A stretch of 32,000 bases of DNA, from assembly GCA_030149205.1 (NCBI GenBank), contig JASBSB010000007.1, forward strand, positions 420,001-452,000, given 5' to 3'. Within the stretch, counting starts at the first letter, position 1. The number at the start of each line of letters is the position of its first letter. The DNA comes from Candidatus Heimdallarchaeota archaeon. Its GTDB lineage: Archaea > Asgardarchaeota > Heimdallarchaeia > Heimdallarchaeales > Kariarchaeaceae. Under the pieces are notes generated by a model that saw only the letters and a program-made list of their open reading frames with translations, was not told the DNA's origin and made no database searches. Below are positions 1-8,914 of the stretch, in pieces. Position numbers and translations under genes: made by a program.

Positions 1-484
1 TGTATTTTACAAGGTCTCCTGATGAGTAAACATTTTGTGGCAATTCAAAAGTGACAAACTTAGTCTCAGTTTTAATGGGGGTAATTTTGTTGTTATAGAG
101 GTTCCTGACATCTGTTGGGTAGTAATACCGTTGATCTGGTTTCCATTTTTGGTCTAATTCCACCTCGATACCATGAAAAACATTCACATTCTCCGAATGA
201 TAACTTCCAGCGACATCTAAAGGGATAATCACAGAAATTTTTCCTCTGTAAATATTTTGGCCTTCAACTGGTTGAATTGTAATAGAATTGGCATAAAGGT
301 CTATCTCTTCCATTGCAGTGTATGAGTGTTTTCCAGACCTAATCTTAAATCTCACAGTTTCCCTACCATACAGGTTAATTCGAACCTTTCGTACTTCATT
401 ATTTCTGTCTTGGATGGCTACCTCTGCGTTCATCGTTTCCCCAGGGAGATAATACTCCTTATCGAAAGTCACTTGTATGTTCAT
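1..484 (-). CDS. Arrestin/SpoOM-fold protein, paralogue of 848..1693 (3' end runs off the window)
   Basis: Not in ORF track. Hand translation from ATG at 484 gives MNIQVTFDKEYYLPGETMNAEVAIQ...ETKFVTFELPQNVYSSGDLVKY, open to base 1. About 59% identical (95/162 by manual count) to the 848..1693 product. Confidence 0.85.
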   Translation of the reverse strand, partial: MNIQVTFDKEYYLPGETMNAEVAIQDRNNEVRKVRINLYGRETVRFKIRSGKHSYTAMEEIDLYANSITIQPVEGQNIYRGKISVIIPLDVAGSYHSENVNVFHGIEVELDQKWKPDQRYYYPTDVRNLYNNKITPIKTETKFVTFELPQNVYSSGDLVKY

Positions 485-507
485 CTAAATTAATTTTATG
501 TATTCGC

Positions 508-528
508 ATATAAATTTGTAGGAAATAT
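508..528 (-). promoter_or_regulatory. TATA-containing promoter element of arrestin paralogue 1
   Basis: Minus-strand ATATTTCCTACAAATTTATAT, with TTTATAT ending 24 bp before ATG 484. Matches 1710..1730 at 20/21 positions. Confidence 0.65.
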
Positions 529-575
529 CTTGGTCTATTGCTTGATTATTTGTAGATGTTTTGATGACATCATTA

Positions 576-603
576 TATAATTTTGATATTATAATTTTGA
601 TAT
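576..603. repeat. Two tandem copies of 14-bp TATAATTTTGATAT
   Basis: Exact copies at 576-589 and 590-603 in the AT-rich gap between the arrestin paralogues. Confidence 0.6.
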
Positions 604-847
604 CAAGGGTAAAGCATCTGATAAAAATATTCATTGTTCTTGTCATCACAATGGATAGAATTAATGAAGAAAGAGTCTCCCTCTCTGGAAAATTTTTGAC
701 TGATTTAAGATATGAAGAGAGCTTAATTAAACCAGTTAAAATCTCGGTAAAAATGAGGTTGAATGAGCTTAAAGGCTAAAAAAAATACCTTAAATTATAA
801 ATTAGTACGATAAACCTCAATCTTTTAATTGAATATAATATCTACTA

Positions 848-1693
848 TTAAAGCTTATTTCCACACTCTATACAATAAAAGTCACCTGTGATTTGAGCAC
901 CACAGGAGGGACAAAATCCTTCATCCTTCTCTTCAATTACTATAGGAATGTCTAGTCTGTAATCTCTTTTGAAAGCTCGGTCAACAATAAATCTTAGAAA
1001 ATAGGAAACTTGGAAATTTTTCCCCTTAATGCTCTTCGCCCCCTGTGGTAACAAATAAGGCTCGTTAATCTCCTGATTTATTATCTTAGTAGATATCCGT
1101 TTACTTTTTCTGTATGCATGCCCATGTGCGTTCCCTAGAGTTGATTGATGTAATTCCAACCTCAGTCCCCTGAATCCCTCATACAGGTTCATAAAATACC
1201 TGTATTTAATCAAAGCCCCTGATGAGTAAATATTTTGTGGCAAGTCAAACGTGACAAATTTGGTTTCTTTTTTTATGGGTTTGACTTCTTGGTTATAGGT
1301 TCTTTTTACTATGGTTGGGTAAGAAAACCTCTGATCCAGTTTCCATTTCTTGTCCAATTCAATCTCAATCCCATGAAAAACCTTTGCTATATCAGATTGA
1401 TAACTCTCTACAACATCAATTGGGGTGGTTATAGAGATTTTTCCCCTATAGTTGACCAGGTCTTGAACAGGTTGAATAACTACTTTATTCGAGTAGAAGT
1501 ACACCTCCTCGCTTGCGGTACTTTGATATTCTCCAGATTGATATTTAAAGGTCACAGTTTCTCTTCCAAACAGCTTAATTTGAATCTTTCTGACACTAGA
1601 ATTGACATTGCCTTGCATGGATACATCTGCATTAATGGTTTCCCCAGGGAAATAATACTCTTTATCAAAGAGCACCTTAACATCCATGATCAT
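848..1693 (-). CDS. Arrestin/SpoOM/Vps26-like beta-sandwich protein with C-terminal double zinc ribbon
   Basis: N-terminal FDKEYYFPGETINADV and VRKIQIKLFGRE resemble the Arrestin_N/SpoOM opening strands. A second sandwich ends in V-S-Y-F-L-R...L-D-I-P-I-V-I, followed by CPSCG...CIECG. True start is probably ATG at 1687, which aligns with the paralogue. Confidence 0.7.
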   Translation of the reverse strand: MIMDVKVLFDKEYYFPGETINADVSMQGNVNSSVRKIQIKLFGRETVTFKYQSGEYQSTASEEVYFYSNKVVIQPVQDLVNYRGKISITTPIDVVESYQSDIAKVFHGIEIELDKKWKLDQRFSYPTIVKRTYNQEVKPIKKETKFVTFDLPQNIYSSGALIKYRYFMNLYEGFRGLRLELHQSTLGNAHGHAYRKSKRISTKIINQEINEPYLLPQGAKSIKGKNFQVSYFLRFIVDRAFKRDYRLDIPIVIEEKDEGFCPSCGAQITGDFYCIECGNKL

Positions 1694-1709
1694 AATTTAT
1701 CATAGAAGT

Positions 1710-1730
1710 ATATAAAATTGTAGGAAATAT
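1710..1730 (-). promoter_or_regulatory. TATA-containing promoter element of arrestin paralogue 2
   Basis: Minus-strand ATATTTCCTACAATTTTATAT, ending 23 bp before ATG 1687. Near-identical to 508..528. Confidence 0.65.
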
Positions 1731-1791
1731 GGCATGTAATTGATTTTTTCCAGTAAAATTTTTCATGATCTAAACCATTTTGAATAGAGAT

Positions 1792-3741
1792 TTAGTAATT
1801 ATAGCCAAAGAGATTCAAGTTGATCAGCAGATAAAGGTTCAAGATATTCACAGCTAAAAATATTAAAAAGTACAGTTTTTCAACTCTACTGGTCTTCAAT
1901 GTTTTTCTCGCAAGGATCAGATATAGAACCAACCCCACTAATAGTATTGTAGTAAAAAGTGGGATGGTGAGGATAACTCCTACCATGAGAGGAATCCCTT
2001 GAATGAACTCATCTGGTTTAATATAAAGAATGGACAATAGAAATAATAATGGGAACATTACAGCAAGAAATGAATTGAAGGTAGTAAATAAAATGGGTAT
2101 TCTATCATAGAAATCTTGATTTGAGTTTAGCAACAGCTTTCTGTATCTTTTGTGAATCAGGTTATACAAAATGATCAATCCCATTACAGACAGCATAGTA
2201 ATCATCAGAGCCTCTGTCAATAGGGTATCCTCAAGAAATGATCGCTTTTCAAACCCAAGTGGCATTCCAAGTACGCTTATGTATACCATTTGTACTGAAA
2301 ATCCAGTTGCTGAAAGTTTAAAAATCAAAACCTCTGTGCTGTTTATTTGATAAAACACATTTGTATTGTATTGAATCCAACTGTGGTGAATTATACCATT
2401 TGGTGTCAATAGATAAGTCTCTAAATTCACCCCCTCTTGATAAATTTTAAGCTCTAATGGTTTATAGTGTATACTCCTTTCAGGGGCAATCTTCAGTGCT
2501 TTTTCGAAAGTAGACTCCACAAAGCTTGTCACTATATAGGTTCCAGTAAACTTTCTAATCCCGAAAAACGATGTATCTGAGACATAACTGCTCTTGAGAG
2601 TCTGGGTTGACTTAAGAAAGAATTTTGCAAAAAGCTCTTTGACAAGGTTTTCTCTTGAAACATAGAGTTCCCTGTTCATGCTAAGGACAATTGAAAGGTT
2701 GTACTTAGGATACAAAAACACCCCAGAAGAGTATCCAACCCCATCTCCTAATTGACTGTAAACATCTGTACCATTTTGAATCAAATGGCCCAAAAGCAAT
2801 GTTCGAAGAAAAAAATCCTTGCTCACATTGAATGCAGGTGAATACAATACCTTGTTTGTAAATGAATCATTCAAAAGCGGGAATCCATGCGGATTAACCA
2901 ACTGCAGTGCTAAATGGGAGATATCAGACGGTGTTGCAACCAGATTCAACGATGGGTATAGCTCATAAAGTTCATTCTTTATTGAAATACCTCTATAGTT
3001 TTGCCCTGGTATTAACCTTGCGGCAGCAGTAGAATTTAAAATAGGTTGCAGAAATGTGTTGCTAAGACCCAGTGGCTTAAATATTTTATCTCTCATAAAT
3101 TTTGTATAATTTCCAGTTTTGTTTTCGATCAGCATAGCCAAGATAGAATGGCTTACTGAAGTGTAACTCATTAGTTCACCTGGCTCTTGTATCAACCGAG
3201 GATGTCTATGTTTGAAAAACTCTGTCAAATTCAGATAATTTTGTCTCTCCTGAACGTGAGTTCCTAAGATCATACTATCTAATCCAGCAGTGTAGGTTAG
3301 CAATTGCCTGACGCTAAAGTTCTTAGCTTCACCATCATATGAAATAGGAAGATTCTTTCCGAAATATCCATTGACTGGTAAATCCAAGCTTAGGTTCCCC
3401 GTCGAAACCAATGAAAGTATTCCCAGCCCAGTAAATACATCACCAATCTGGCCAAACCTGAATAAGGATTGGTTTGTCCAACCTTTACCATAGACTCTGC
3501 TAATATTGTTTGTCCCATTTTGTGTGATTGAAACAGCCATTGCTGTCACCCCTTTGCTTGTCAAACTCTGAAACTTCTGTTGTAGAAATTGGTCTATGCT
3601 TGTTGTTGCATGCTGCTGAACCTCTGTGGGACGTACACCCCCACCATTTATTGCTGTTGGTAAGGAACCTAAAATAAAAATCGACAGCAAAAGTGTAAGA
3701 ACCAATGTTCTCATTACTGTGTTTTCTGACAGATGTAGCAA
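1792..3741 (-). CDS. Secreted/membrane-anchored serine hydrolase (beta-lactamase class C/PBP-like) fold protein with 4 C-terminal TM helices; catalytic motifs degenerate
   Basis: Signal peptide, FRFGQIGDVFTG (SxxK position), LDLPVNGY, SVRQLLTYTAG, PGELMSYTS, QLGDGVGYSS, many N-x-S/T sequons and four hydrophobic C-terminal segments. Confidence 0.85.
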   Translation of the reverse strand: MLHLSENTVMRTLVLTLLLSIFILGSLPTAINGGGVRPTEVQQHATTSIDQFLQQKFQSLTSKGVTAMAVSITQNGTNNISRVYGKGWTNQSLFRFGQIGDVFTGLGILSLVSTGNLSLDLPVNGYFGKNLPISYDGEAKNFSVRQLLTYTAGLDSMILGTHVQERQNYLNLTEFFKHRHPRLIQEPGELMSYTSVSHSILAMLIENKTGNYTKFMRDKIFKPLGLSNTFLQPILNSTAAARLIPGQNYRGISIKNELYELYPSLNLVATPSDISHLALQLVNPHGFPLLNDSFTNKVLYSPAFNVSKDFFLRTLLLGHLIQNGTDVYSQLGDGVGYSSGVFLYPKYNLSIVLSMNRELYVSRENLVKELFAKFFLKSTQTLKSSYVSDTSFFGIRKFTGTYIVTSFVESTFEKALKIAPERSIHYKPLELKIYQEGVNLETYLLTPNGIIHHSWIQYNTNVFYQINSTEVLIFKLSATGFSVQMVYISVLGMPLGFEKRSFLEDTLLTEALMITMLSVMGLIILYNLIHKRYRKLLLNSNQDFYDRIPILFTTFNSFLAVMFPLLFLLSILYIKPDEFIQGIPLMVGVILTIPLFTTILLVGLVLYLILARKTLKTSRVEKLYFLIFLAVNILNLYLLINLNLFGYNY

Positions 3742-3809
3742 TAAAGATTTGCCTCTTTCTCCCTCTAATTGTTTGACAAATTAAGATGGTGATATCAATT
3801 CAGTTCGGT

Positions 3810-5618
3810 TTAACCAGGAATTTCATATAGAACAAATTTTTTCAGAAATCTTGAAATCCTTGGATACATGTCCTGTAAGGTTTCCCATTTGGAAAATCCA
3901 TGCCCCTCCCCACTGTAAACCTTATATTCAACATGATTGTGTAACTTCTCAACGAGTCTGTCGGATTGAGATTTAACAACTACTGGGTCATCCTCGCCTT
4001 GCAGAACAAGTAGAGGAACATCAATCTTTTCTGCATGAAATATTGGTGATCTCTCATAATACTCCTTGGCATGTTCTGGTAAGTCCCCAACTAACATCTG
4101 ATCATATTTTGCTTCCAGAAAATGGGTTTCTTCTCCAAGTGCAAACAAATCTGTAACACCGTATAAATTAACACCTGCTTTCATCTCAGTCGGGTAATCA
4201 ACCAATGTTTTCAATGTTGTGTATCCACCAGCACTTCCTCCCATGATGGCACACTTGTCAGATGAAATAATTCCTTCATCTACCAGTTGTTTTTTCAACC
4301 AGATTGTATCCTTTACATCATAGATTCCCCAACTGTGTGTCAACTTCTGCCTGTATTCTCGACCATACCCGACACTACCACGATGATTAACTAATGCAAG
4401 TGTCCAACCCAGTGATGCAAGATACTGTACCAGGGGTTCAAATTCATTTCTTCTCATGCCAGTTGGTCCGCCATGAATAACAAAGATGCATGGATTGCCG
4501 GGAAGAGTCTTATCTGGTTTATACAGCAGTCCATAAGCCCTTTCCTCATCAAAGGTTGAGTATGAAATGTGTTTTGGGATAACACCTTCTCCTCTATATA
4601 TTCCAGATCTGAGTTCATATTCCACTTCAAGTGAATTTAAATCAATGATCTGAATAGTCTGTGGGGTGTTGTATGAGGTGAAATGAAGAAGAAGTCTGTT
4701 TTTCACAACCGATATTTTTGAAAATGAACCCTTTGGTGTTAATAACTCCTCTGTCTTCCCCGTCTCTACATTGACTCTTACCAAAGAATTTGCAGCCTCT
4801 CTGTATCTAATATAATAAATAAATTTAGAATCTGAGCTCCACGTGTAATCTTTGCCTCCGGTCACCCAGGTTGAATATTTACAGTCAAAGGGCTCATTTA
4901 CGAGATGTCTTGGTTTCACTCCATCAACATCAAGTATCCAAAGATTCCAATAACCTGATCTGTCCGAAATAAAACTAATCCTGTTCCCGTCAGGAGAGTA
5001 CATGGGTTGTCCAGTGGAGATATTCTCTCCGACCTCTAGCTCTTTAAACTCTCCGGAGTCAAGAATAAACTCTACTATTCTACTTCGATCCCAACTCATG
5101 AAGGGTGTATTCCATGCGTGTAACAACACTCTTTTGGAGTTGGGGTGAATAAATGGGTCGTACTGAAATTCTGCTTCATAAGTTATTAACTCAGCCCACT
5201 TTTTATCCGAGATGTTAAAGAAACCCACCTCCATATGATCCTCCTTCTCCAAACAGAAAACAATCATATCATTTACACAATGGGGTGCAAAGGCTTTACC
5301 CTGTGGTATCCCCTCCAGCTTTAAGGGAGGTTCATCATTTAATTTAACTATAAATAACTCCCCATTAGAACTTACACACAAACCTGAAGAATCAGATAGC
5401 CAACAATATATCTTTCCCCCATAAGCAGTCCCAGTAGAAAGGGGAAGCTTTGCTGTGACCTGCTTAGGCACTTTAGAGGAAATATCTAACACAAAGAGAT
5501 CAGATTCTCCGGATGCGCTTCGAATGTAAGAGATGTATCTTCCATCTGGTGAAAATAAAGCATCTTTGTATTGGTCTCCAGCTAAAAAAGGTACTAAGGT
5601 AAAATCAGTTTTTGGCAC
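3810..5618 (-). CDS. S9 family (prolyl oligopeptidase/acylaminoacyl) peptidase with TolB-like beta-propeller
   Basis: FSPDG/YSPDG/WSSDS propeller repeats, IHGGP, GGSAGG nucleophile, QGEDDPVV (Asp) and EGHGF (His). Confidence 0.93.
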   Translation of the reverse strand: MPKTDFTLVPFLAGDQYKDALFSPDGRYISYIRSASGESDLFVLDISSKVPKQVTAKLPLSTGTAYGGKIYCWLSDSSGLCVSSNGELFIVKLNDEPPLKLEGIPQGKAFAPHCVNDMIVFCLEKEDHMEVGFFNISDKKWAELITYEAEFQYDPFIHPNSKRVLLHAWNTPFMSWDRSRIVEFILDSGEFKELEVGENISTGQPMYSPDGNRISFISDRSGYWNLWILDVDGVKPRHLVNEPFDCKYSTWVTGGKDYTWSSDSKFIYYIRYREAANSLVRVNVETGKTEELLTPKGSFSKISVVKNRLLLHFTSYNTPQTIQIIDLNSLEVEYELRSGIYRGEGVIPKHISYSTFDEERAYGLLYKPDKTLPGNPCIFVIHGGPTGMRRNEFEPLVQYLASLGWTLALVNHRGSVGYGREYRQKLTHSWGIYDVKDTIWLKKQLVDEGIISSDKCAIMGGSAGGYTTLKTLVDYPTEMKAGVNLYGVTDLFALGEETHFLEAKYDQMLVGDLPEHAKEYYERSPIFHAEKIDVPLLVLQGEDDPVVVKSQSDRLVEKLHNHVEYKVYSGEGHGFSKWETLQDMYPRISRFLKKFVLYEIPG

Positions 5619-5656
5619 AATTAGGAATAAACAGTTGTATATTTAAATTATTAGGA

Positions 5657-5974
5657 TTAGCTTGCCTCAGCAGACACAGCATCTAGAATATCAATAAGAC
5701 CTGCAAGATTTTTCTCAAGATCAATTCCAAGCATCCCCGCAAGGGCAAAGGAGGAAATGATATTCTCAATCAACTCTTCTTGGATGTTCTCTTGCTGCTC
5801 AGCAAGTATGGCAGTCTCCGATATCCCACTAGCAAACCTGTTCAACAGACTCTCACCTATCATCCTTAATGGACTGTTTGATGAGTGAGGAAGCTGTTGT
5901 ATACTGCGAGAGTTTTGCCTTGCTTCTATTAATGAGCTTATTTTGTCAACAGTTGCGTTTATTCCTAACATCAT
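5657..5974 (-). CDS. Small all-alpha protein, MazG-like NTP pyrophosphohydrolase fold (degenerate)
   Basis: NIQEELIENIISSFALAGMLGIDLEKNL resembles the MazG-like EELAD...LA..LGIDLE segment. Confidence 0.45.
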   Translation of the reverse strand: MMLGINATVDKISSLIEARQNSRSIQQLPHSSNSPLRMIGESLLNRFASGISETAILAEQQENIQEELIENIISSFALAGMLGIDLEKNLAGLIDILDAVSAEAS

Positions 5975-6271
5975 ATGTTTCCCTTCTATACTAAATCTAA
6001 ATAAAGCATTCTCCTATTTAAGATTAGGTGATATATTCATTAAATAAAATTTCTTATGGAGAATTAAGTAATTGTTTGAATATTTGTTTTAGGCTTTGGA
6101 GGTGCTAAGAGTGACAAGTCTCCAAAAGTTCCATCGGAAACATTGGGGGTGTCGGTATGGTTGGTTGGGTAAAGACCGCGCCTTTTTTTGGTTCCTTCTA
6201 TTTTATCACTCAGTTTGGTAATCGAACTTTATGTTCTTTGATTCTGCAACAGTATAACCCCATACGATAGG

Positions 6272-6278
6272 TATAAAA
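6272..6278 (+). promoter_or_regulatory. TATA box of the LLM oxidoreductase gene (probably leaderless)
   Basis: TATAAAA ending about 22 bp upstream of ATG 6300. Confidence 0.5.
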
Positions 6279-6299
6279 CATTTACCCAAAAGTTGTTGT

Positions 6300-7259
6300 A
6301 TGACGAAATTTGCGGTGCAGATTGAAAATCAATTTGGTTACACTTGGAAGGATACAAAAGAAATTATAGCAAAAACAGAGGATTTTGGGTATCACTCATT
6401 TTATATCTGTGATCATTTTTTCCTCGATGATAAATCTGAAACCCTTGATGCTTTGGAAGCATGGACGGTTTTGACTGCTGCTGCGACCCTAACCAAAAAA
6501 ATCAAACTGGGAACACTGGTTTCTGGAAATAATTACCGTTCTCCAGCATTATTGGCTAAAATTGCTACCACCTTGGACCATATTTCTGCTGGAAGGATGG
6601 AGTTGGGGATTGGTGCTGGGTGGAAAAAGGTTGAGTATGAGGCATATGGTTTTGACTTCCCCTCAGTAAAAGAAAGGCTGGAAATGCTTGAAGAATCCAT
6701 TCAGGTCATTAAACTTCTTTGGTCAGAATCTCGTGTAACATTCACTGGGAAATATTACAATTTGAAGGATGCTGTTTTCTCACCTAAGCCTTATCAATCA
6801 GAACCTTTGATAATGATTGGAGGAGGAGGAGAAAAAGTGACTATGAGATTGGTCGCAAAATATGCAGATTACCTAAATCTTCCTTTTACCCCAATGGAAC
6901 AGATTGAGCAGAAATTAAATGCCTTAAAGGGGCATTGTAGAGATGTTGGTAGGGATTACGAAGAGATTGGAAAGTCTTATTTTCATCCAATTTGGGTTGA
7001 AGATGATGAAAAAAGCCTTGAAATTTATTTATCAGAAGTAGCTAAGCTTCGAAACATGTCAGTCAATGATTTGAAGGGGAAAATTTTCGATGAGAGGTTT
7101 CCAGGATCATGGATTGGAACACCAGAACAGGTCAAAGAACGAATTGAATATATGCAGTCACTTGGCTTTGATTATTTCTTCATTCAACAACCCTTTGATA
7201 GACGGACTGATGGAATTGAGAAATTCGCAAACTTGGTTATGAACAAATATTTTAGGTAA
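6300..7259 (+). CDS. LLM class (luciferase-like) probable F420-dependent oxidoreductase
   Basis: DHFF, EAWTVLTAAATLTKKIKLGTLV, YRSPALLAKIATTLDHISAGRMELGIGAGW, IMIGGGGEK. Confidence 0.93.
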   Translation: MTKFAVQIENQFGYTWKDTKEIIAKTEDFGYHSFYICDHFFLDDKSETLDALEAWTVLTAAATLTKKIKLGTLVSGNNYRSPALLAKIATTLDHISAGRMELGIGAGWKKVEYEAYGFDFPSVKERLEMLEESIQVIKLLWSESRVTFTGKYYNLKDAVFSPKPYQSEPLIMIGGGGEKVTMRLVAKYADYLNLPFTPMEQIEQKLNALKGHCRDVGRDYEEIGKSYFHPIWVEDDEKSLEIYLSEVAKLRNMSVNDLKGKIFDERFPGSWIGTPEQVKERIEYMQSLGFDYFFIQQPFDRRTDGIEKFANLVMNKYFR

Positions 7260-7267
7260 CTTAATTT

Positions 7268-7282
7268 GGAGGTTTTACCTCC
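7268..7282. terminator. Short hairpin GGAGG-TTTTA-CCTCC between convergent genes
   Basis: Perfect 5-bp inverted repeat 9 nt after the LLM stop codon. Function inferred only from position. Confidence 0.35.
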
Positions 7283-7467
7283 TACAAAATCCCGTTTCGT
7301 CTGAGCTATGGCACTAGATTCTATTTTTGTACTGGTCTGTTCTCAATAACAATAGGTACTAAGATCAATAGATCCAACTAATGAGAGGTAATTGAGCAAA
7401 TTTGCTTATGTTTTAAATAAACTTTGAAAATTATTGCCTTGTTGGGTTCTTTCCTCGATTTAATAAT

Positions 7468-8472
7468 TTAAAGATAAGGTTTAAAATGGTCAGGAAGTGC
7501 ATGATTATACAGCATGTGCTTTTCTGGTTTGTTATCTAGTATTTCTTCTAACTGGGTGACTTCATCTTTCGAAAGTTCAATTTCCAATGCTTTAATATTT
7601 GATAGGACATGTTCAGGCTTGGTTGCACCTGTGATGAGTGATGAAACCTCTGGTCTTAATAATGCCCATGCAAGCGCAAGTTGACCTGGCTCAACACCTT
7701 TGTTCTTTGCAAATTCTGTAACTTTATTCACTTTCTCCATTAATTGTTTATCATCAAGATATCTCTTCATGAACTCACTGGTTGTTGCTCTTGACCCCTC
7801 TGGGATTCCTTCATTGTATTTCCCTGTAAGGATTCCTCCCGCTAGTGGTGACCATGGGACGATACCCATTCCATGATACTTAGTTGTTTCCATGACATCT
7901 AACTCTATGTGTCTGTCTAACATGTTGTATCTTGGTTGCTCAACTGAGGGTGGTGTTGCTCCAATTTCTTTCGCTATTCCCACGGCTCTTTCTAGTTGTG
8001 CAGCTGACCACACTGATGTTCCCCAATACCTTACTCTTCCGTCTCTTACAAGGTCATCCATTGCTTCAACTGTTTCTTCGAGTGGTGTTACACTGTCAAA
8101 TCTATGTGCAAAGTAGATGTCAAGGTAGTCCAAATTCAGTCGATCCAAAGTTCCATCAATTGAATCATGTATGTGTTTCCTTGATAGACCCCAGTCGTTG
8201 ACATTTTCACTCATTGGCCAAAACACTTTTGAGGAGACAACAAAATCTTTTCGTTGATATGTTTCGCCCTCGAGTGCCTTTCCAACTACCTTTTCAGCTC
8301 CTCCTTTGGCATAGATGTCAGCAGCATCAATGAAATTGATTTTGTTATCCAGTGCAGTGTGAATGCAGTTGATGGCAGTTTGATCTTCTACTGTTCCTCC
8401 ATACGTTAACCATGCCCCGAGAGAAATTTCAGAAACCTTTATTCCATGTTTTCCTAGCTTGCGGTATCTCAT
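7468..8472 (-). CDS. Aldo/keto reductase (Kv-beta/Tas-like)
   Basis: MRYRKLGKHGIKVSEISLGAW, DAADIY, SSKVFW, DIYFAHRFD, WSPLAGGILTGKY. Confidence 0.95.
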   Translation of the reverse strand: MRYRKLGKHGIKVSEISLGAWLTYGGTVEDQTAINCIHTALDNKINFIDAADIYAKGGAEKVVGKALEGETYQRKDFVVSSKVFWPMSENVNDWGLSRKHIHDSIDGTLDRLNLDYLDIYFAHRFDSVTPLEETVEAMDDLVRDGRVRYWGTSVWSAAQLERAVGIAKEIGATPPSVEQPRYNMLDRHIELDVMETTKYHGMGIVPWSPLAGGILTGKYNEGIPEGSRATTSEFMKRYLDDKQLMEKVNKVTEFAKNKGVEPGQLALAWALLRPEVSSLITGATKPEHVLSNIKALEIELSKDEVTQLEEILDNKPEKHMLYNHALPDHFKPYL

Positions 8473-8914
8473 GTTATGATACTTAAATCGGTTCTGGTTA
8501 TTAAACTCGTTGTAGTGGCAATGACTTGGTGGTGTTAATCACTCTTACAATCTTATCATTGATGCATCTTTTACTTGGTTGACATCACAAAGAAGTTTAT
8601 GGTAAATCTGATGTTTTGGCAGTGATGACTTCTGATGTTTTCTTTGATCCTTTTCGACTTATCGAAGCTGTTTTCTAGGGGGCAGGTTAGGTCTTGCAAT
8701 GTGGGTGGTGGTTTATGTGATCGTTTCTGATGGTTTTTGTTAACTTGTGGTGAGTTAGCTTGGTGATTTTTGACAATTTCTTATTGTGATGTCGATTTTT
8801 TGATTGGATCTGTCTATTTTATATGGCTAAAATTCTCTTTTTCTCCTATTTTTCCTGCATTCTTGTCGGATATTGTCGGAAGTTGTCCATGTTCTGTGTG
8901 CATGGTTACATCTG

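Noticed and set aside
561-779. 72-aa ORF between the arrestin paralogues
   Set aside because: TTG start, very AT-rich low-complexity sequence overlapping a tandem repeat and palindrome, and no recognisable motif. More likely intergenic.
6095-7273. 9-bp direct repeats TTTGGAGGT flanking the LLM gene as a target-site duplication
   Set aside because: No transposase, integrase or terminal inverted repeats. A single 9-mer pair is compatible with chance.
8608-8640. Box C/D sRNA (CTGA...GTGATGA...CTGA)
   Set aside because: Only 2-3 nt separate the C-like and D-like boxes, leaving no guide region. Kept only as part of the repeated-motif observation.
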